A stretch of 64,000 nucleotides of DNA from Escherichia coli (GTDB taxonomy: Bacteria; Pseudomonadota; Gammaproteobacteria; Enterobacterales; Enterobacteriaceae), in assembly GCF_024223415.1 (NCBI RefSeq), contig NZ_CP100500.1, one strand, 5' to 3'. The position numbers were made by a program, and so were the translations under genes. Below the pieces are notes generated by a model that was given only the letters and a program-made list of their open reading frames with translations, was not told the origin of the DNA and made no database searches. Positions 10,354 through 24,923 of the stretch are shown piece by piece (the first letter of the stretch is position 1; each line of letters begins with the position of its first letter).

Positions 10354-12955
10354 AGCGCAGATTAAAAATAAACGCCGTATCTCACCTTTCTGGCTGCTGC
10401 CGTTCATCGCGCTAATGATTGCCGGTTGGCTGATTTGGGACAGTTATCAGGACCGGGGTAATACTGTCACCATCGACTTTATGTCGGCGGATGGTATTGT
10501 TCCAGGCCGTACGCCTGTTCGTTATCAGGGCGTTGAAGTCGGAACAGTGCAGGATATCAGCCTCAGCGACGATCTTCGTAAGATTGAAGTCAAGGTCAGC
10601 ATCAAATCCGATATGAAAGATGCGCTGCGCGAAGAGACTCAATTCTGGCTGGTGACGCCAAAGGCCTCATTGGCAGGTGTCTCCGGGCTGGACGCCCTCG
10701 TCGGTGGTAACTATATCGGCATGATGCCAGGTAAAGGTAAAGAGCAGGATCACTTTGTCGCACTCGATACCCAACCGAAGTATCGGCTGGATAACGGCGA
10801 TCTGATGATCCACCTGCAAGCTCCCGATCTCGGTTCGCTGAACAGCGGTTCATTGGTCTATTTCCGCAAGATCCCGGTGGGTAAAGTCTACGACTATGCC
10901 ATCAATCCCAATAAACAAGGCGTGGTGATTGATGTCCTGATCGAGCGGCGTTTTACCGACCTGGTGAAAAAAGGTAGCCGTTTCTGGAATGTTTCTGGCG
11001 TTGATGCCAACGTCAGTATCAGTGGCGCGAAGGTGAAACTGGAAAGTCTGGCGGCACTGGTTAACGGTGCGATTGCCTTCGATTCACCTGAAGAGTCGAA
11101 ACCTGCCGAGGCGGAAGATACCTTTGGTCTGTATGAAGATCTGGCCCACAGCCAGCGTGGCGTAATAATAAAACTGGAACTGCCGAGTGGGGCAGGATTA
11201 ACCGCCGACTCGACGCCGTTAATGTATCAGGGGCTGGAAGTCGGACAGCTGACTAAACTGGATTTAAATCCTGGTGGTAAAGTCACCGGAGAAATGACCG
11301 TTGATCCCAGCGTCGTTACGCTGTTACGGGAAAATACCCGCATCGAATTACGCAACCCGAAATTATCCCTTAGCGATGCCAATCTCAGCGCCCTGCTGAC
11401 CGGAAAAACCTTTGAGTTGGTGCCTGGCGATGGCGAGCCACGCAAAGAGTTCGTTGTTGTGCCAGGCGAAAAAGCACTGCTGCATGAACCTGATGTTCTG
11501 ACACTGACCCTGACAGCACCGGAAAGTTACGGTATTGATGCTGGTCAGCCGCTCATTCTTCACGGCGTGCAGGTAGGCCAGGTTATTGATCGTAAACTCA
11601 CCAGCAAAGGCGTTACCTTTACCGTCGCCATTGAGCCTCAGCATCGCGAACTGGTAAAAGGCGATAGCAAATTTGTCGTCAACAGCCGTGTCGACGTGAA
11701 GGTGGGGCTGGATGGCGTTGAGTTTCTCGGTGCCAGCGCCTCAGAATGGATTAACGGCGGGATACGTATTCTGCCGGGCGATAAAGGCGAGATGAAAGCC
11801 AGCTATCCACTGTATGCCAATCTGGAAAAAGCGCTGGAGAACAGCCTTAGCGATTTACCCACCACAACCGTGAGTTTGAGTGCAGAGACGCTGCCGGATG
11901 TGCAGGCAGGATCGGTAGTGCTGTACCGTAAATTTGAAGTTGGTGAAGTTATTACCGTGCGTCCGCGAGCTAACGCGTTTGATATCGATCTGCATATTAA
12001 GCCGGAGTATCGCAACCTTCTGACCAGCAATAGCGTGTTCTGGGCAGAAGGCGGGGCGAAAGTTCAGCTGAATGGCAGCGGCCTGACCGTACAGGCATCC
12101 CCGCTCTCCAGAGCATTAAAGGGAGCCATTAGCTTCGATAACCTCAGCGGTGCCAGCGCCAGTCAGCGTAAAGGAGACAAACGTATTCTGTATGCTTCCG
12201 AAACAGCAGCCCGTGCGGTTGGCGGGCAGATTACGCTTCACGCTTTCGATGCCGGAAAACTGGCGGTCGGGATGCCAATTCGCTATCTCGGTATTGATAT
12301 CGGGCAAATCCAGACGCTGGATCTGATTACCGCGCGCAATGAAGTACAGGCAAAGGCGGTACTTTACCCGGAATATGTCCAGACCTTCGCCCGCGGCGGT
12401 ACGCGCTTCTCAGTGGTCACACCGCAAATTTCGGCAGCTGGCGTTGAGCATCTTGATACTATCCTCCAGCCGTATATCAACGTCGAACCAGGCCGGGGCA
12501 ATCCTCGCCGCGACTTTGAATTACAAGAGGCCACCATTACTGATTCGCGTTACCTGGATGGCTTAAGCATTATTGTTGAAGCGCCGGAAGCCGGTTCGTT
12601 AGGCATCGGTACGCCTGTGCTGTTCCGTGGTCTGGAAGTCGGTACGGTTACCGGAATGACGCTGGGGACATTGTCAGATCGCGTGATGATTGCGATGCGC
12701 ATCAGTAAACGCTATCAACACCTGGTGCGTAACAATTCCGTCTTCTGGTTGGCATCGGGTTACAGTCTGGACTTTGGTCTGACGGGCGGCGTAGTGAAAA
12801 CCGGCACCTTTAACCAGTTTATCCGTGGCGGCATCGCCTTCGCCACGCCTCCGGGTACGCCACTGGCACCGAAAGCCCAGGAAGGCAAGCACTTCCTGTT
12901 GCAGGAAAGTGAACCGAAAGAGTGGCGTGAATGGGGTACTGCGCTTCCCAAATAA
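10322..12955 (+). CDS. letB: MCE-domain lipid transport protein LetB (YebT)
   Basis: 877-aa product from [10 protein letters not shown], repeated MCE domains; overlaps letA 3' end. Confidence 0.9.
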   Translation: MSQETPASTTEAQIKNKRRISPFWLLPFIALMIAGWLIWDSYQDRGNTVTIDFMSADGIVPGRTPVRYQGVEVGTVQDISLSDDLRKIEVKVSIKSDMKDALREETQFWLVTPKASLAGVSGLDALVGGNYIGMMPGKGKEQDHFVALDTQPKYRLDNGDLMIHLQAPDLGSLNSGSLVYFRKIPVGKVYDYAINPNKQGVVIDVLIERRFTDLVKKGSRFWNVSGVDANVSISGAKVKLESLAALVNGAIAFDSPEESKPAEAEDTFGLYEDLAHSQRGVIIKLELPSGAGLTADSTPLMYQGLEVGQLTKLDLNPGGKVTGEMTVDPSVVTLLRENTRIELRNPKLSLSDANLSALLTGKTFELVPGDGEPRKEFVVVPGEKALLHEPDVLTLTLTAPESYGIDAGQPLILHGVQVGQVIDRKLTSKGVTFTVAIEPQHRELVKGDSKFVVNSRVDVKVGLDGVEFLGASASEWINGGIRILPGDKGEMKASYPLYANLEKALENSLSDLPTTTVSLSAETLPDVQAGSVVLYRKFEVGEVITVRPRANAFDIDLHIKPEYRNLLTSNSVFWAEGGAKVQLNGSGLTVQASPLSRALKGAISFDNLSGASASQRKGDKRILYASETAARAVGGQITLHAFDAGKLAVGMPIRYLGIDIGQIQTLDLITARNEVQAKAVLYPEYVQTFARGGTRFSVVTPQISAAGVEHLDTILQPYINVEPGRGNPRRDFELQEATITDSRYLDGLSIIVEAPEAGSLGIGTPVLFRGLEVGTVTGMTLGTLSDRVMIAMRISKRYQHLVRNNSVFWLASGYSLDFGLTGGVVKTGTFNQFIRGGIAFATPPGTPLAPKAQEGKHFLLQESEPKEWREWGTALPK

Positions 12956-13028
12956 TGCCCACTGCTCCGGCGTGCCTGCGCCGGAGCGTTTATGCTAAAC
13001 TGCGCGCCTGTTTTTTTGCCAGTGGTAT

Positions 13029-14474
13029 ATGCTCGTGGCCCAACACACCGTTTATTTCCCGGACGCCTTTCTGACGCAAATGCGCGAAGCAATGCCTTCG
13101 ACGCTCTCTTTTGATGATTTTCTTGCCGCCTGTCAGCGCCCGTTGCGCCGCAGCATTCGCGTTAATACGCTGAAAATCTCCGTTGCTGATTTCCTGCAAT
13201 TAACCGCTCCTTATGGCTGGACGCTTACGCCAATTCCGTGGTGTGAAGAAGGTTTCTGGATTGAACGCGACGATGAAGATGCATTGCCATTGGGTAGTAC
13301 CGCCGAGCATTTAAGTGGCCTGTTTTATATTCAGGAAGCCAGTTCAATGTTGCCCGTCGCCGCCTTGTTTGCTGACGGTAATGCACCACAGCGGGTGATG
13401 GATATCGCTGCTGCGCCAGGCTCCAAAACGACGCAAATTGCCGCGCGGATGAATAACGAAGGGGCAATCCTTGCCAATGAGTTTTCCGCCAGTCGGGTAA
13501 AAGTGTTACATGCCAATATCAGCCGCTGTGGCATCAGTAATGTTGCGCTCACACATTTTGATGGCCGCGTGTTTGGTGCGGCAGTGCCAGAAATGTTCGA
13601 TGCCATTTTGCTGGACGCTCCCTGCTCTGGCGAAGGCGTGGTGCGTAAAGATCCCGATGCGCTAAAAAACTGGTCACCAGAAAGCAATCAGGAAATCGCA
13701 GCTACACAACGGGAGCTTATCGACAGCGCCTTTCATGCATTACGTCCTGGTGGTACGCTGGTTTACTCGACCTGTACCTTAAACAGGGAAGAAAACGAAG
13801 CCGTTTGCCTGTGGCTGAAAGAGACTTACCCTGACGCAGTAGAGTTTTTACCGCTTGGCGATCTCTTCCCTGGTGCAAACAAAGCGCTGACCGAAGAAGG
13901 CTTTTTGCATGTTTTCCCACAAATTTACGACTGCGAAGGCTTCTTCGTTGCTCGTCTGCGTAAAACTCAGGCCATTCCCGCCTTACCCACCCCAAAATAC
14001 AAAGTGGGCAATTTCCCGTTCAGCCCGGTGAAAGATCGCGAAGCCGGACAAATTCGTCAGGCGGCTGCAAGTGTTGGCTTAAACTGGGATGAAAACCTGC
14101 GCCCCTGGCAGCGTGACAAAGAACTGTGGTTGTTCCCGGTGGGCATTGAAGCCCTGATCGGTAAAGTCCGATTTTCTCGCCTGGGGATTAAACTTGCCGA
14201 GACGCATAACAAAGGTTATCGCTGGCAGCATGAAGCGGTTATTGCTCTTGCCTCCCCCGACAACGAGAACGCTTTTGAACTGACACCGCAAGAAGCGGAG
14301 GAGTGGTATCGCGGGCGCGATGTTTACCCGCAAGCCGCGCCAGTGGCGGATGACGTGTTGGTTACTTTCCAGCATCAGCCGATTGGTTTAGCCAAACGGA
14401 TTGGTTCGCGACTGAAAAACAGCTACCCGCGTGAACTGGTGCGGGACGGGAAACTTTTTACCAGTAACGCATGA
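13029..14474 (+). CDS. rsmF: 16S rRNA m5C1407 methyltransferase RsmF (YebU)
   Basis: AdoMet-dependent methyltransferase motifs; the true start may be the GTG two codons downstream. Confidence 0.9.
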   Translation: MLVAQHTVYFPDAFLTQMREAMPSTLSFDDFLAACQRPLRRSIRVNTLKISVADFLQLTAPYGWTLTPIPWCEEGFWIERDDEDALPLGSTAEHLSGLFYIQEASSMLPVAALFADGNAPQRVMDIAAAPGSKTTQIAARMNNEGAILANEFSASRVKVLHANISRCGISNVALTHFDGRVFGAAVPEMFDAILLDAPCSGEGVVRKDPDALKNWSPESNQEIAATQRELIDSAFHALRPGGTLVYSTCTLNREENEAVCLWLKETYPDAVEFLPLGDLFPGANKALTEEGFLHVFPQIYDCEGFFVARLRKTQAIPALPTPKYKVGNFPFSPVKDREAGQIRQAAASVGLNWDENLRPWQRDKELWLFPVGIEALIGKVRFSRLGIKLAETHNKGYRWQHEAVIALASPDNENAFELTPQEAEEWYRGRDVYPQAAPVADDVLVTFQHQPIGLAKRIGSRLKNSYPRELVRDGKLFTSNA

Positions 14475-14591
14475 CAGCGCACAAAAAAAGCGCACTTTTT
14501 GACTGGCACATTCGGCGGCCTCAACTAGGCTGAAAAATGGTGCGATCGGACTGGTCGTACCACAATCGGCAGCTAAATGGAGAGCACGAAG

Positions 14592-14828
14592 ATGAAAACC
14601 AGTGTGCGCATAGGCGCTTTTGAAATCGACGACGGCGAATTACACGGTGAATCGCCGGGTGATCGAACGTTAACCATTCCTTGTAAATCTGACCCCGATT
14701 TATGTATGCAACTGGATGCCTGGGATGCTGAAACCAGTATCCCTGCCCTGCTAAATGGCGAACACTCTGTCCTTTACCGTACCCGTTACGATCAACAATC
14801 TGATGCCTGGATTATGCGTCTTGCCTGA
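14592..14828 (+). CDS. yebV: uncharacterized protein YebV
   Basis: 78-aa product from MKTSVRIGAFEIDDGE; synteny. Confidence 0.8.
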   Translation: MKTSVRIGAFEIDDGELHGESPGDRTLTIPCKSDPDLCMQLDAWDAETSIPALLNGEHSVLYRTRYDQQSDAWIMRLA

Positions 14829-14932
14829 TCCAAAAAGAACCCGTCGGCATGGCGGGTTATTTGTCCTGGTTATTCCCCCGTTGTAAAATCTCTCCTAAAC
14901 TTAACGGTACGGCACCACACTTCGGGGATGAA

Positions 14933-15124
14933 ATGTTCGCGCTGGTACTTTTTGTTTGCTACCTGGATGGCGGTTGTGAAGATATTGTTGTGGATGTCTA
15001 CAACACGGAACAGCAGTGTCTTCATTCTATGAGCGATCAACGGATCCGCCATGGCGGTTGTTTTCCGATTGAGGATTTTATAGATGGTTTCTGGCGACCT
15101 GCACAGGAGTACGGTGATTTTTAA
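14933..15124 (+). CDS. yebW: uncharacterized protein YebW
   Basis: 63-aa product from MFALVLFVCYLDGG; synteny. Confidence 0.75.
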   Translation: MFALVLFVCYLDGGCEDIVVDVYNTEQQCLHSMSDQRIRHGGCFPIEDFIDGFWRPAQEYGDF

Positions 15125-15781
15125 TTATTGCAATTGCACAAGAGTCAGTTCGCCCCCAAAGACAGCACCGGTATCAATATAATGCAGGTTGCCAATATCC
15201 ACGCGATGTCGCAACGGTGTATGACCAAACCAGAAATGATCAGCACCTGTAATTCCCTGCACTTTTTGGCGTTCACTTAATCGCGAGCGGCTCCACAAGA
15301 CCTGATGCAAATCGACGTCCTTTTGCCATTCATAAACATCATCTGGATAATCGGCATGAGCAATAACATGCTTGCCGGTGCGACTGTGTACTTCAAGAAT
15401 AAAGGGCAAATGCTGACATTTCCCCAGCGCCGTTTTCGCTTGTTTCTGTTGATTATCTGCCAGCGCAATAAACCAGTCGCCGCCATTCATCAACCATAAA
15501 GACATCTGCTGGGATGCCAGCGCATCCATCGCCATCTGTTCATGATTGCCTCTTACCGCACGAACCCAATGTTGTTCCAGTAACTGCAGACAACGTAAAC
15601 TTTGCGGCCCACGATCGATAACGTCTCCCACTGAGATAAGTAAATCTCGCCACGGATCAAAACGACAATGCCATAATTTGCGGCGCAACTGCTCAAGACA
15701 ACCGTGTATATCGCCAGAAAGCCAGATATGTCGCCATTGATGACCCGCAATTCTCTGATAAACGGGCGCAGGCTGTTTCAT
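15125..15781 (-). CDS. pphA: serine/threonine protein phosphatase 1 (PphA/PrpA)
   Basis: Metallophosphatase motifs GDxHG, GDxxDRG, GNHE. Confidence 0.92.
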   Translation of the reverse strand: MKQPAPVYQRIAGHQWRHIWLSGDIHGCLEQLRRKLWHCRFDPWRDLLISVGDVIDRGPQSLRCLQLLEQHWVRAVRGNHEQMAMDALASQQMSLWLMNGGDWFIALADNQQKQAKTALGKCQHLPFILEVHSRTGKHVIAHADYPDDVYEWQKDVDLHQVLWSRSRLSERQKVQGITGADHFWFGHTPLRHRVDIGNLHYIDTGAVFGGELTLVQLQ

Positions 15782-15915
15782 CAATATTTTCCTCCCGCGC
15801 TAAAGATCACATAATCTTAACAAGAATGTTAAAAAATGCTGGACTCAGACAGTAGAGTGTGTGTTATGGTTGACTATAAAGTCAGCGAAGGAAATGCTTC
15901 TGGCTTTTAACAGAT

Positions 15916-16018
15916 AAAAAGAGACCGAACACGATTCCTGTATTCGGTCCAGGGAAATGGCTCTTGGGAGAGAGCCGTGCGCTAAAAGTTGGCATTAATG
16001 CAGGCTTAGTTGCCTTGC
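15916..16018 (-). ncRNA. sdsR: sRNA SdsR (RyeB)
   Basis: Minus-strand sequence GCAAGGCAACUAAGCCUGCAUUAAUGCC...CCGAAUACAGGAAUCGUGUUCGGUCUCUUUUU matches my recollection of SdsR, ending in a hairpin plus U-tract. Confidence 0.8.
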
Positions 16019-16105
16019 CCTTTAAGAATAGATGACGACGCCAGGTTTTCCAGTTTGCGTGCAAAATGGTCAATAAAAAGCGCGGTGGTCATCAGCTTAA
16101 ATGTT

Positions 16106-16148
16106 AAAAACCGCCCGTTCTGGTGAAAGAACTGAGGCGGTTTTTTTA
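16106..16148. terminator. bidirectional intrinsic terminator (yebY / RyeA)
   Basis: ACCGCC...GGCGGT stem followed by T7 on plus strand and preceded by A5. Confidence 0.65.
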
Positions 16149-16176
16149 TTGGAAATCAAAAGGCTATTTTAGGTAA

Positions 16177-16518
16177 TTAACAGAGTTTTTCAGCTCGTTC
16201 TATAAACGGTGCCAGACTCATTTTTTCGCCGGGATTGTTAGGATCATCAATCTGAATCACCGAAATGGGTTGGGCTTTAGTCTTCCCACTGGCAACTTCC
16301 TTCTGTGCGATATCGTTTAAAGGATACTGCACGAGGGTACTTGGGTTGATGACATACAAAGCATTACCCGGTCGGCAAGTCAGCATCACCTCTTCGCGAT
16401 TAAACGCCCATTTGTCTTTACCCACTTCAAAACGGCTGACGGTAATCACCTGCGGTGCCGCCAGCGCCGCTGCAGAACTGGTGAGTAACAGAAACGCCAG
16501 AATACTTTTTTTCATCAT
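16177..16518 (-). CDS. yebY: periplasmic protein YebY (DUF2511)
   Basis: 113-aa ORF with signal peptide; synteny with yebZ-yobA. Confidence 0.85.
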   Translation of the reverse strand: MMKKSILAFLLLTSSAAALAAPQVITVSRFEVGKDKWAFNREEVMLTCRPGNALYVINPSTLVQYPLNDIAQKEVASGKTKAQPISVIQIDDPNNPGEKMSLAPFIERAEKLC

Positions 16519-16530
16519 TTTCGTAATCCA

Positions 16531-17403
16531 TCAAAAAGGTTCGAGAGTCGCAAGCAGGCTGATGATCACCAGCACTACCGCACCTATCGCCCATTCGAGT
16601 TTAGTCATCCACACAAACCAGGGTGCCGCACGATCTTCATCCTGCCTCATGCGCGGTACAAGAACATAACGATTAGCCAGCGCAATGACCACCATAATCA
16701 TCACCAGGATGGCTTTGAGCAATAAGAGTTGGCCCCAGTAAGTCGTAAGCGTGGGGGGAAATCCGGTAATCAACAATGCATTAAGCACGCCGCTTGCCAG
16801 TACGCCGATCACCGCAAAATGCCCGCACCAGGAAAAACGCATCAGCGCCTGAATAGCCTGGTGTCGCCAACGGCCTTTGATGAGTTGCATACACCAGAGC
16901 ACCGGCAGTAATCCCCCAAACCACGCCGCCGCACAAATCAGGTGAATCGCGTGATTAGTCTGATGGATTTTCGCCGTTACCCCTTCATTCAGCGTCGCAT
17001 GCCCCACTCCCGCCAGCAGAATAAATTGCGCGGTAGTGAGCATAAACAGCAAACGTGGCATATTCCGCGGTTGCATAAGGGCGACGATCAACGTTACGAG
17101 GGCGAGAACAATTTGCCATAACCAGACGCCACCAAACTGCGTTTGCAAAACAGCCTGCCAAATGTTTGGCGAAAATACATCTTTCCATCCCGTTCCCATC
17201 AACCCGCCCTGAACGGCGAGCATTGCAGTGGCACTGATCAAACTCCAGACGGCAGCGTGCTGTTGTAAACGCAGAAAACGCTTCGCCAGCAAACGACGAA
17301 TCGTTAAGGGGGCCAGCCAGGCACCGTACATTGCGAAGCCAAAGACCAGCATCAGCGAGGTGAAATGGATAAATCGCAGCGCGATCCAGGTAAACGCCAG
17401 CAT
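16531..17403 (-). CDS. yebZ: CopD-family inner membrane protein YebZ
   Basis: 290-aa polytopic membrane protein. Confidence 0.88.
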   Translation of the reverse strand: MLAFTWIALRFIHFTSLMLVFGFAMYGAWLAPLTIRRLLAKRFLRLQQHAAVWSLISATAMLAVQGGLMGTGWKDVFSPNIWQAVLQTQFGGVWLWQIVLALVTLIVALMQPRNMPRLLFMLTTAQFILLAGVGHATLNEGVTAKIHQTNHAIHLICAAAWFGGLLPVLWCMQLIKGRWRHQAIQALMRFSWCGHFAVIGVLASGVLNALLITGFPPTLTTYWGQLLLLKAILVMIMVVIALANRYVLVPRMRQDEDRAAPWFVWMTKLEWAIGAVVLVIISLLATLEPF

Positions 17404-17406
17404 GAT

Positions 17407-17781
17407 TTATTTCACGCTAAAGGTGTAGTGTCCTTTCGTTTTATGCCCGTCCACCGAAACAACATGCCAGTCAACGGTGTAGGTTCCGGGTTTCAGCGAA
17501 TCGGCCAGTGGAACAATCAGTTGCTTTTGGTCCTGCTCATTTCGCTTCGCCGGTAATGTTTTAATATTTTCGTTTTTTGGCCCCGTGATTTTTGCACCAC
17601 TGAATCCTGTTTCAACACCTTCCGAGAAGTTTAAAGTGATTGCCTGCGGTGCAGCTGTCACTTGCGCGTTTGCCGCAGGATACTGATGCGTTAAATGCGC
17701 ATGTGCCCAGACGGAAGGTGTCACCAACGAAGTGGTCAGGATTGCCAGCGCGTAGCGAAGGGAGCGTGCAGTTGAAGCCAT
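17407..17781 (-). CDS. yobA: CopC-family periplasmic copper-binding protein YobA
   Basis: 124-aa ORF with signal peptide and His-rich N-terminus of mature protein. Confidence 0.88.
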   Translation of the reverse strand: MASTARSLRYALAILTTSLVTPSVWAHAHLTHQYPAANAQVTAAPQAITLNFSEGVETGFSGAKITGPKNENIKTLPAKRNEQDQKQLIVPLADSLKPGTYTVDWHVVSVDGHKTKGHYTFSVK

Positions 17782-17919
17782 ATTATCTATTCCTTTTTGT
17801 AATAACTTTTTTACAGAGCATAACCTTGTCTAATGTCTGAGTCGAGGATCATCAATTCCGGCTTGCCATCCAGGCTCACTCTTAGTAACTTTTGCCCGCG
17901 AATGATGAGGAGATTAAGA

Positions 17920-18150
17920 ATGCTGAAGAATCTGGCTAAACTGGATCAAACAGAAATGGATAAAGTGAATGTCGATTTGGCGGCGGCCGGGGTGGCATTT
18001 AAAGAACGCTACAATATGCCGGTGATCGCTGAAGCGGTTGAACGTGAACAGCCTGAACATTTGCGCAGCTGGTTTCGCGAGCGGCTTATTGCCCACCGTT
18101 TGGCTTCGATCAATCTGTCACGTTTACCTTACGAGCCCAAACTTAAATAA
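17920..18150 (+). CDS. holE: DNA polymerase III theta subunit
   Basis: 76-aa product from [35 protein letters not shown]. Confidence 0.9.
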   Translation: MLKNLAKLDQTEMDKVNVDLAAAGVAFKERYNMPVIAEAVEREQPEHLRSWFRERLIAHRLASINLSRLPYEPKLK

Positions 18151-18251
18151 AACTTATACAGAGTTACACTTTCTTACATAACGCCTGCTAAATTATGAGT
18201 ATTTTCTAAACCGCCCCAATAATTTGCAGTCATTTTGAAAAGGAAGTCATT

Positions 18252-18908
18252 ATGTCGTTCTGGAAAGTTGCAGCAGCGCAATATGAGCCTCGTAAAACCT
18301 CACTCACCGAACAGGTAGCTCATCATCTGGAGTTTGTGAGGGCCGCCGCCAGGCAACAATGTCAGCTGTTAGTTTTTCCATCGCTTTCTTTACTGGGGTG
18401 TGATTATTCGCGACGTGCCCTTCCTGCCCCACCCGATCTCTCACTGTTAGACCCGCTTTGTTATGCCGCAACGACCTGGCGAATGACCATCATTGCCGGC
18501 CTTCCCGTTGAATATAACGATCGCTTTATTCGTGGAATTGCGGTGTTCGCACCGTGGCGAAAAACGCCTGGGATCTACCATCAGAGTCATGGTGCATGTC
18601 TGGGCCGTCGTTCCAGAACCATCACGGTGGTCGATGAACAACCGCAAGGTATGGATATGGACCCGACCTGTTCACTGTTTACGACAGGGCAATGTCTGGG
18701 AGAACCCGACCTGCTGGCGTCGGCCCGTCGCTTACAATTTTTTTCACATCAGTACTCCATTGCCGTGCTGATGGCAAATGCCCGTGGTAACAGTGCACTA
18801 TGGGATGAACATGGTCGTCTCATCGTTCGCGCCGATCGTGGTTCATTATTGTTAGTCGGTCAGCGTTCATCACAGGGTTGGCAAGGCGATATCATTCCAT
18901 TACGCTAG
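18252..18908 (+). CDS. yobB: carbon-nitrogen hydrolase-family protein YobB
   Basis: 218-aa ORF; synteny. Confidence 0.8.
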   Translation: MSFWKVAAAQYEPRKTSLTEQVAHHLEFVRAAARQQCQLLVFPSLSLLGCDYSRRALPAPPDLSLLDPLCYAATTWRMTIIAGLPVEYNDRFIRGIAVFAPWRKTPGIYHQSHGACLGRRSRTITVVDEQPQGMDMDPTCSLFTTGQCLGEPDLLASARRLQFFSHQYSIAVLMANARGNSALWDEHGRLIVRADRGSLLLVGQRSSQGWQGDIIPLR

Positions 18909-18931
18909 GCTTTTTCGGCCTGGAGCATGCC

Positions 18932-21678
<2,747 letters not shown>

Positions 21679-21859
21679 TTATAAGGGTGGCAAAACTCAC
21701 CGGGGATGCAAGCGAAACAGGGCAGTCATTGCTTAGATGATGACAGGTAATGGCGCGAATATCGAATGTTATGCAGACAGAGAAAATCAGCCTGTTCAAA
21801 TGGCTGTGCGGTTCTGGATAGCCCGAAATAGTCAACTTCAGGCTATCCAGAGAGCGGGA

Positions 21860-22519
21860 TTATTCCGCCAAAGTGCGTTTTTGCTGTTCGAGATCGCGTT
21901 CAATGCCTTCACGAACATCCTGGGGGATTTTCAGCGCGTCACCCAGTGCATTCAGGTAACTGCGTTCCATAAAATGGTCAATATCAATAGCCGCGCAGCT
22001 CAGGAAATAGATTTCCAGCGCCTCTTCTTCATTGCGGACCCCGGTAGCCAGGCGTTGTGGATCCAGCGGTTGTTCGATTGCCTGCTCAATGAGTACCCGC
22101 CCCTGCTCTTCCACGCCGGCTTCACGCAATTGCTGGTCGATTGCCGCACGTTCTTTGGCATCAATATGACCATCACTTTTAGCGGCAAAGACTAGCGCAA
22201 GGATCAAACGTTCCGTACGCTCATCCAGCGGCGTACTTTGCGCGCCAAACTGCGGTTCGTCCTGATGCGCCGCGCGAATTTTATCTTTGTATTTATTCCA
22301 CAGCACCGTACCCGCTACCGCTCCGCCGCCAATCAGCAACGCGTTGGTGCCATATTTCGTAAGAAGTTTACGTGCTGATTTATTTGCGACCAGCAGTCCA
22401 GCCAGTCCACCTAATGCGCCCGGCACTAAAAGTTTGCCCAATCCCTGATCCGCAGACGAGGAGGTAGAAGAACTGCTTTGCCCAAGCAGGGATTGCAGTT
22501 GATTTAACCAGTTAGCCAT
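21860..22519 (-). CDS. yebE: inner membrane protein YebE (DUF533)
   Basis: 219-aa ORF; synteny. Confidence 0.85.
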   Translation of the reverse strand: MANWLNQLQSLLGQSSSSTSSSADQGLGKLLVPGALGGLAGLLVANKSARKLLTKYGTNALLIGGGAVAGTVLWNKYKDKIRAAHQDEPQFGAQSTPLDERTERLILALVFAAKSDGHIDAKERAAIDQQLREAGVEEQGRVLIEQAIEQPLDPQRLATGVRNEEEALEIYFLSCAAIDIDHFMERSYLNALGDALKIPQDVREGIERDLEQQKRTLAE

Positions 22520-22842
22520 ATTTGCTCCTCAATAACCATTTTAGTGCCTGTAGCATAGTGGATGAGGATGTCAGAAAATGTATATCGAGACAAAAGATGC
22601 GCAAATAAGCGGGGCTGTTGGCCGTTATTCAAAGAAATTCGCGCCAGGTAAGGTGTTTACTGTATATCAGGTGATAAGGGTATTTTAGGTGAAAGTAGTT
22701 TGACGTTTTGAGTGGCACTGTATGATGCTGATTGCCCGATGCTACGCTGTTGCGTCTTCTCAGGCCTACGATTGTGGTGTGTTGTGGCGGACAAGGCACT
22801 CGCGCCGCATCCGCCAACGGTCAATCGAATTATCAGAAGCCA

Positions 22843-23247
<405 letters not shown>

Positions 23248-23265
23248 TCAGGAGCGCAAGTTGCT

Positions 23266-23556
23266 TCAGGCCGCGTGTGAGGCATCTTCCTCTTCGGATT
23301 CAGCACCGACGACCTGTGGGGACGGTAATTTGCCGGTTTTCAGAATGGTGCTCAGCACATCTTTTTGTTCTGCCAGCCATAGCGAAAGGGCTTCACGTTG
23401 CTCGTCTTCCATTTGCACTGGAGAATTTGTCAGCCAGGTGTCAAGCAGATCCGCCGTATCAAGCATTTTGTCATAAGCATCGGCTTCCTTTTTGCTGGTA
23501 AACGACATTTTCTCTTCGCCCTCACGAATGACTACGTATTTAACTTCAACCGCCAT
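23266..23556 (-). CDS. yebG: SOS-inducible protein YebG
   Basis: 96-aa ORF; LexA box immediately upstream. Confidence 0.9.
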   Translation of the reverse strand: MAVEVKYVVIREGEEKMSFTSKKEADAYDKMLDTADLLDTWLTNSPVQMEDEQREALSLWLAEQKDVLSTILKTGKLPSPQVVGAESEEEDASHAA

Positions 23557-23575
23557 TTGCAGCCTCTCATAATAA

Positions 23576-23591
23576 CTGTGATTTTATACAG
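23576..23591. promoter_or_regulatory. LexA box (SOS box) of yebG
   Basis: CTGTGATTTTATACAG, CTGT-N8-ACAG palindrome ~20 bp upstream of yebG start. Confidence 0.75.
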
Positions 23592-23636
23592 TATATTTCT
23601 TTTCGGTTGAGAAATCAACACCAGCAATAAAGACAC

Positions 23637-23652
23637 ACGCAAACGTTTTCGT
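23637..23652. promoter_or_regulatory. PurR operator upstream of purT
   Basis: ACGCAAACGTTTTCGT matches the PurR box consensus ACGCAAACGTTTGCGT; ~40 bp upstream of purT start. Confidence 0.75.
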
Positions 23653-23689
23653 TTATACTGCGCGCGGAATTAATCAGGGGATATTAGTT

Positions 23690-24868
23690 ATGACGTTATT
23701 AGGCACTGCGCTGCGTCCGGCAGCAACTCGCGTGATGTTATTAGGCTCCGGTGAACTGGGTAAAGAAGTGGCAATCGAGTGTCAGCGTCTCGGCGTAGAG
23801 GTGATTGCCGTCGATCGCTATGCCGACGCACCAGCCATGCATGTCGCGCATCGCTCCCATGTCATTAATATGCTTGATGGTGATGCATTACGCCGTGTGG
23901 TTGAACTGGAAAAACCACATTATATCGTGCCGGAGATCGAAGCTATTGCCACCGATATGCTGATCCAACTTGAAGAGGAAGGACTGAATGTTGTCCCCTG
24001 CGCTCGCGCAACGAAATTAACGATGAATCGCGAGGGTATCCGTCGCCTGGCGGCAGAAGAGCTGCAGCTGCCCACTTCCACTTATCGTTTTGCCGATAGC
24101 GAAAGCCTTTTCCGCGAGGCGGTTGCCGCCATTGGCTATCCCTGCATTGTAAAACCGGTGATGAGCTCTTCCGGCAAGGGGCAGACGTTTATTCGCTCTG
24201 CAGAGCAACTTGCTCAGGCATGGGAATACGCTCAGCAAGGCGGTCGCGCCGGAGCGGGCCGCGTAATTGTTGAAGGCGTCGTTAAGTTTGACTTCGAAAT
24301 TACCCTGCTAACCGTCAGCGCGGTGGATGGCGTCCATTTCTGTGCACCAGTAGGTCATCGCCAGGAAGATGGCGACTACCGTGAATCCTGGCAACCACAG
24401 CAAATGAGCCCGCTTGCCCTTGAACGTGCGCAGGAGATTGCCCGTAAAGTGGTGCTGGCACTGGGCGGTTATGGTCTGTTTGGTGTCGAGCTGTTTGTCT
24501 GTGGTGATGAGGTGATTTTCAGTGAGGTCTCCCCTCGTCCACATGATACCGGGATGGTGACGTTAATTTCTCAAGATCTCTCAGAGTTTGCCCTGCATGT
24601 ACGTGCCTTCCTCGGACTTCCGGTTGGCGGGATCCGTCAGTATGGTCCTGCAGCTTCTGCCGTTATTCTGCCACAACTGACCAGTCAGAATGTCACGTTT
24701 GATAATGTGCAGAATGCCGTAGGCGCAGATTTGCAGATTCGTTTATTTGGTAAGCCGGAAATTGATGGCAGCCGTCGTCTGGGGGTGGCACTGGCTACGG
24801 CAGAGAGTGTTGTTGACGCCATTGAACGCGCGAAGCACGCCGCCGGACAGGTAAAAGTACAGGGTTAA
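23690..24868 (+). CDS. purT: formate-dependent GAR transformylase PurT
   Basis: 392-aa ATP-grasp enzyme. Confidence 0.95.
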   Translation: MTLLGTALRPAATRVMLLGSGELGKEVAIECQRLGVEVIAVDRYADAPAMHVAHRSHVINMLDGDALRRVVELEKPHYIVPEIEAIATDMLIQLEEEGLNVVPCARATKLTMNREGIRRLAAEELQLPTSTYRFADSESLFREAVAAIGYPCIVKPVMSSSGKGQTFIRSAEQLAQAWEYAQQGGRAGAGRVIVEGVVKFDFEITLLTVSAVDGVHFCAPVGHRQEDGDYRESWQPQQMSPLALERAQEIARKVVLALGGYGLFGVELFVCGDEVIFSEVSPRPHDTGMVTLISQDLSEFALHVRAFLGLPVGGIRQYGPAASAVILPQLTSQNVTFDNVQNAVGADLQIRLFGKPEIDGSRRLGVALATAESVVDAIERAKHAAGQVKVQG

Positions 24869-24891
24869 ACCCGGCAAAAAAACGCTACAAA

Positions 24892-24918
24892 AATGCCCGA
24901 TCCTCGATCGGGCATTTT
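24892..24918. terminator. bidirectional intrinsic terminator between purT and eda
   Basis: ATGCCCGATC-ctc-GATCGGGCAT stem-loop with A-run before and T-run after. Confidence 0.7.
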
Positions 24919-24923
24919 GACTT

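Larger units (their letters stand above)
15900..16148 (+). ncRNA. ryeA: antisense sRNA RyeA (SraC), approximate bounds
   Basis: Known to be encoded opposite SdsR; 3' end placed at the bidirectional terminator near 16106-16148; 5' end not determinable from sequence. Confidence 0.3.

Noticed and set aside
12956-13028. Possible terminator or REP after letB (CTCCGGCG-tgcctg-CGCCGGAG)
   Set aside because: The stem-loop is real but lacks an adjacent U-tract; function unclear, so not annotated.
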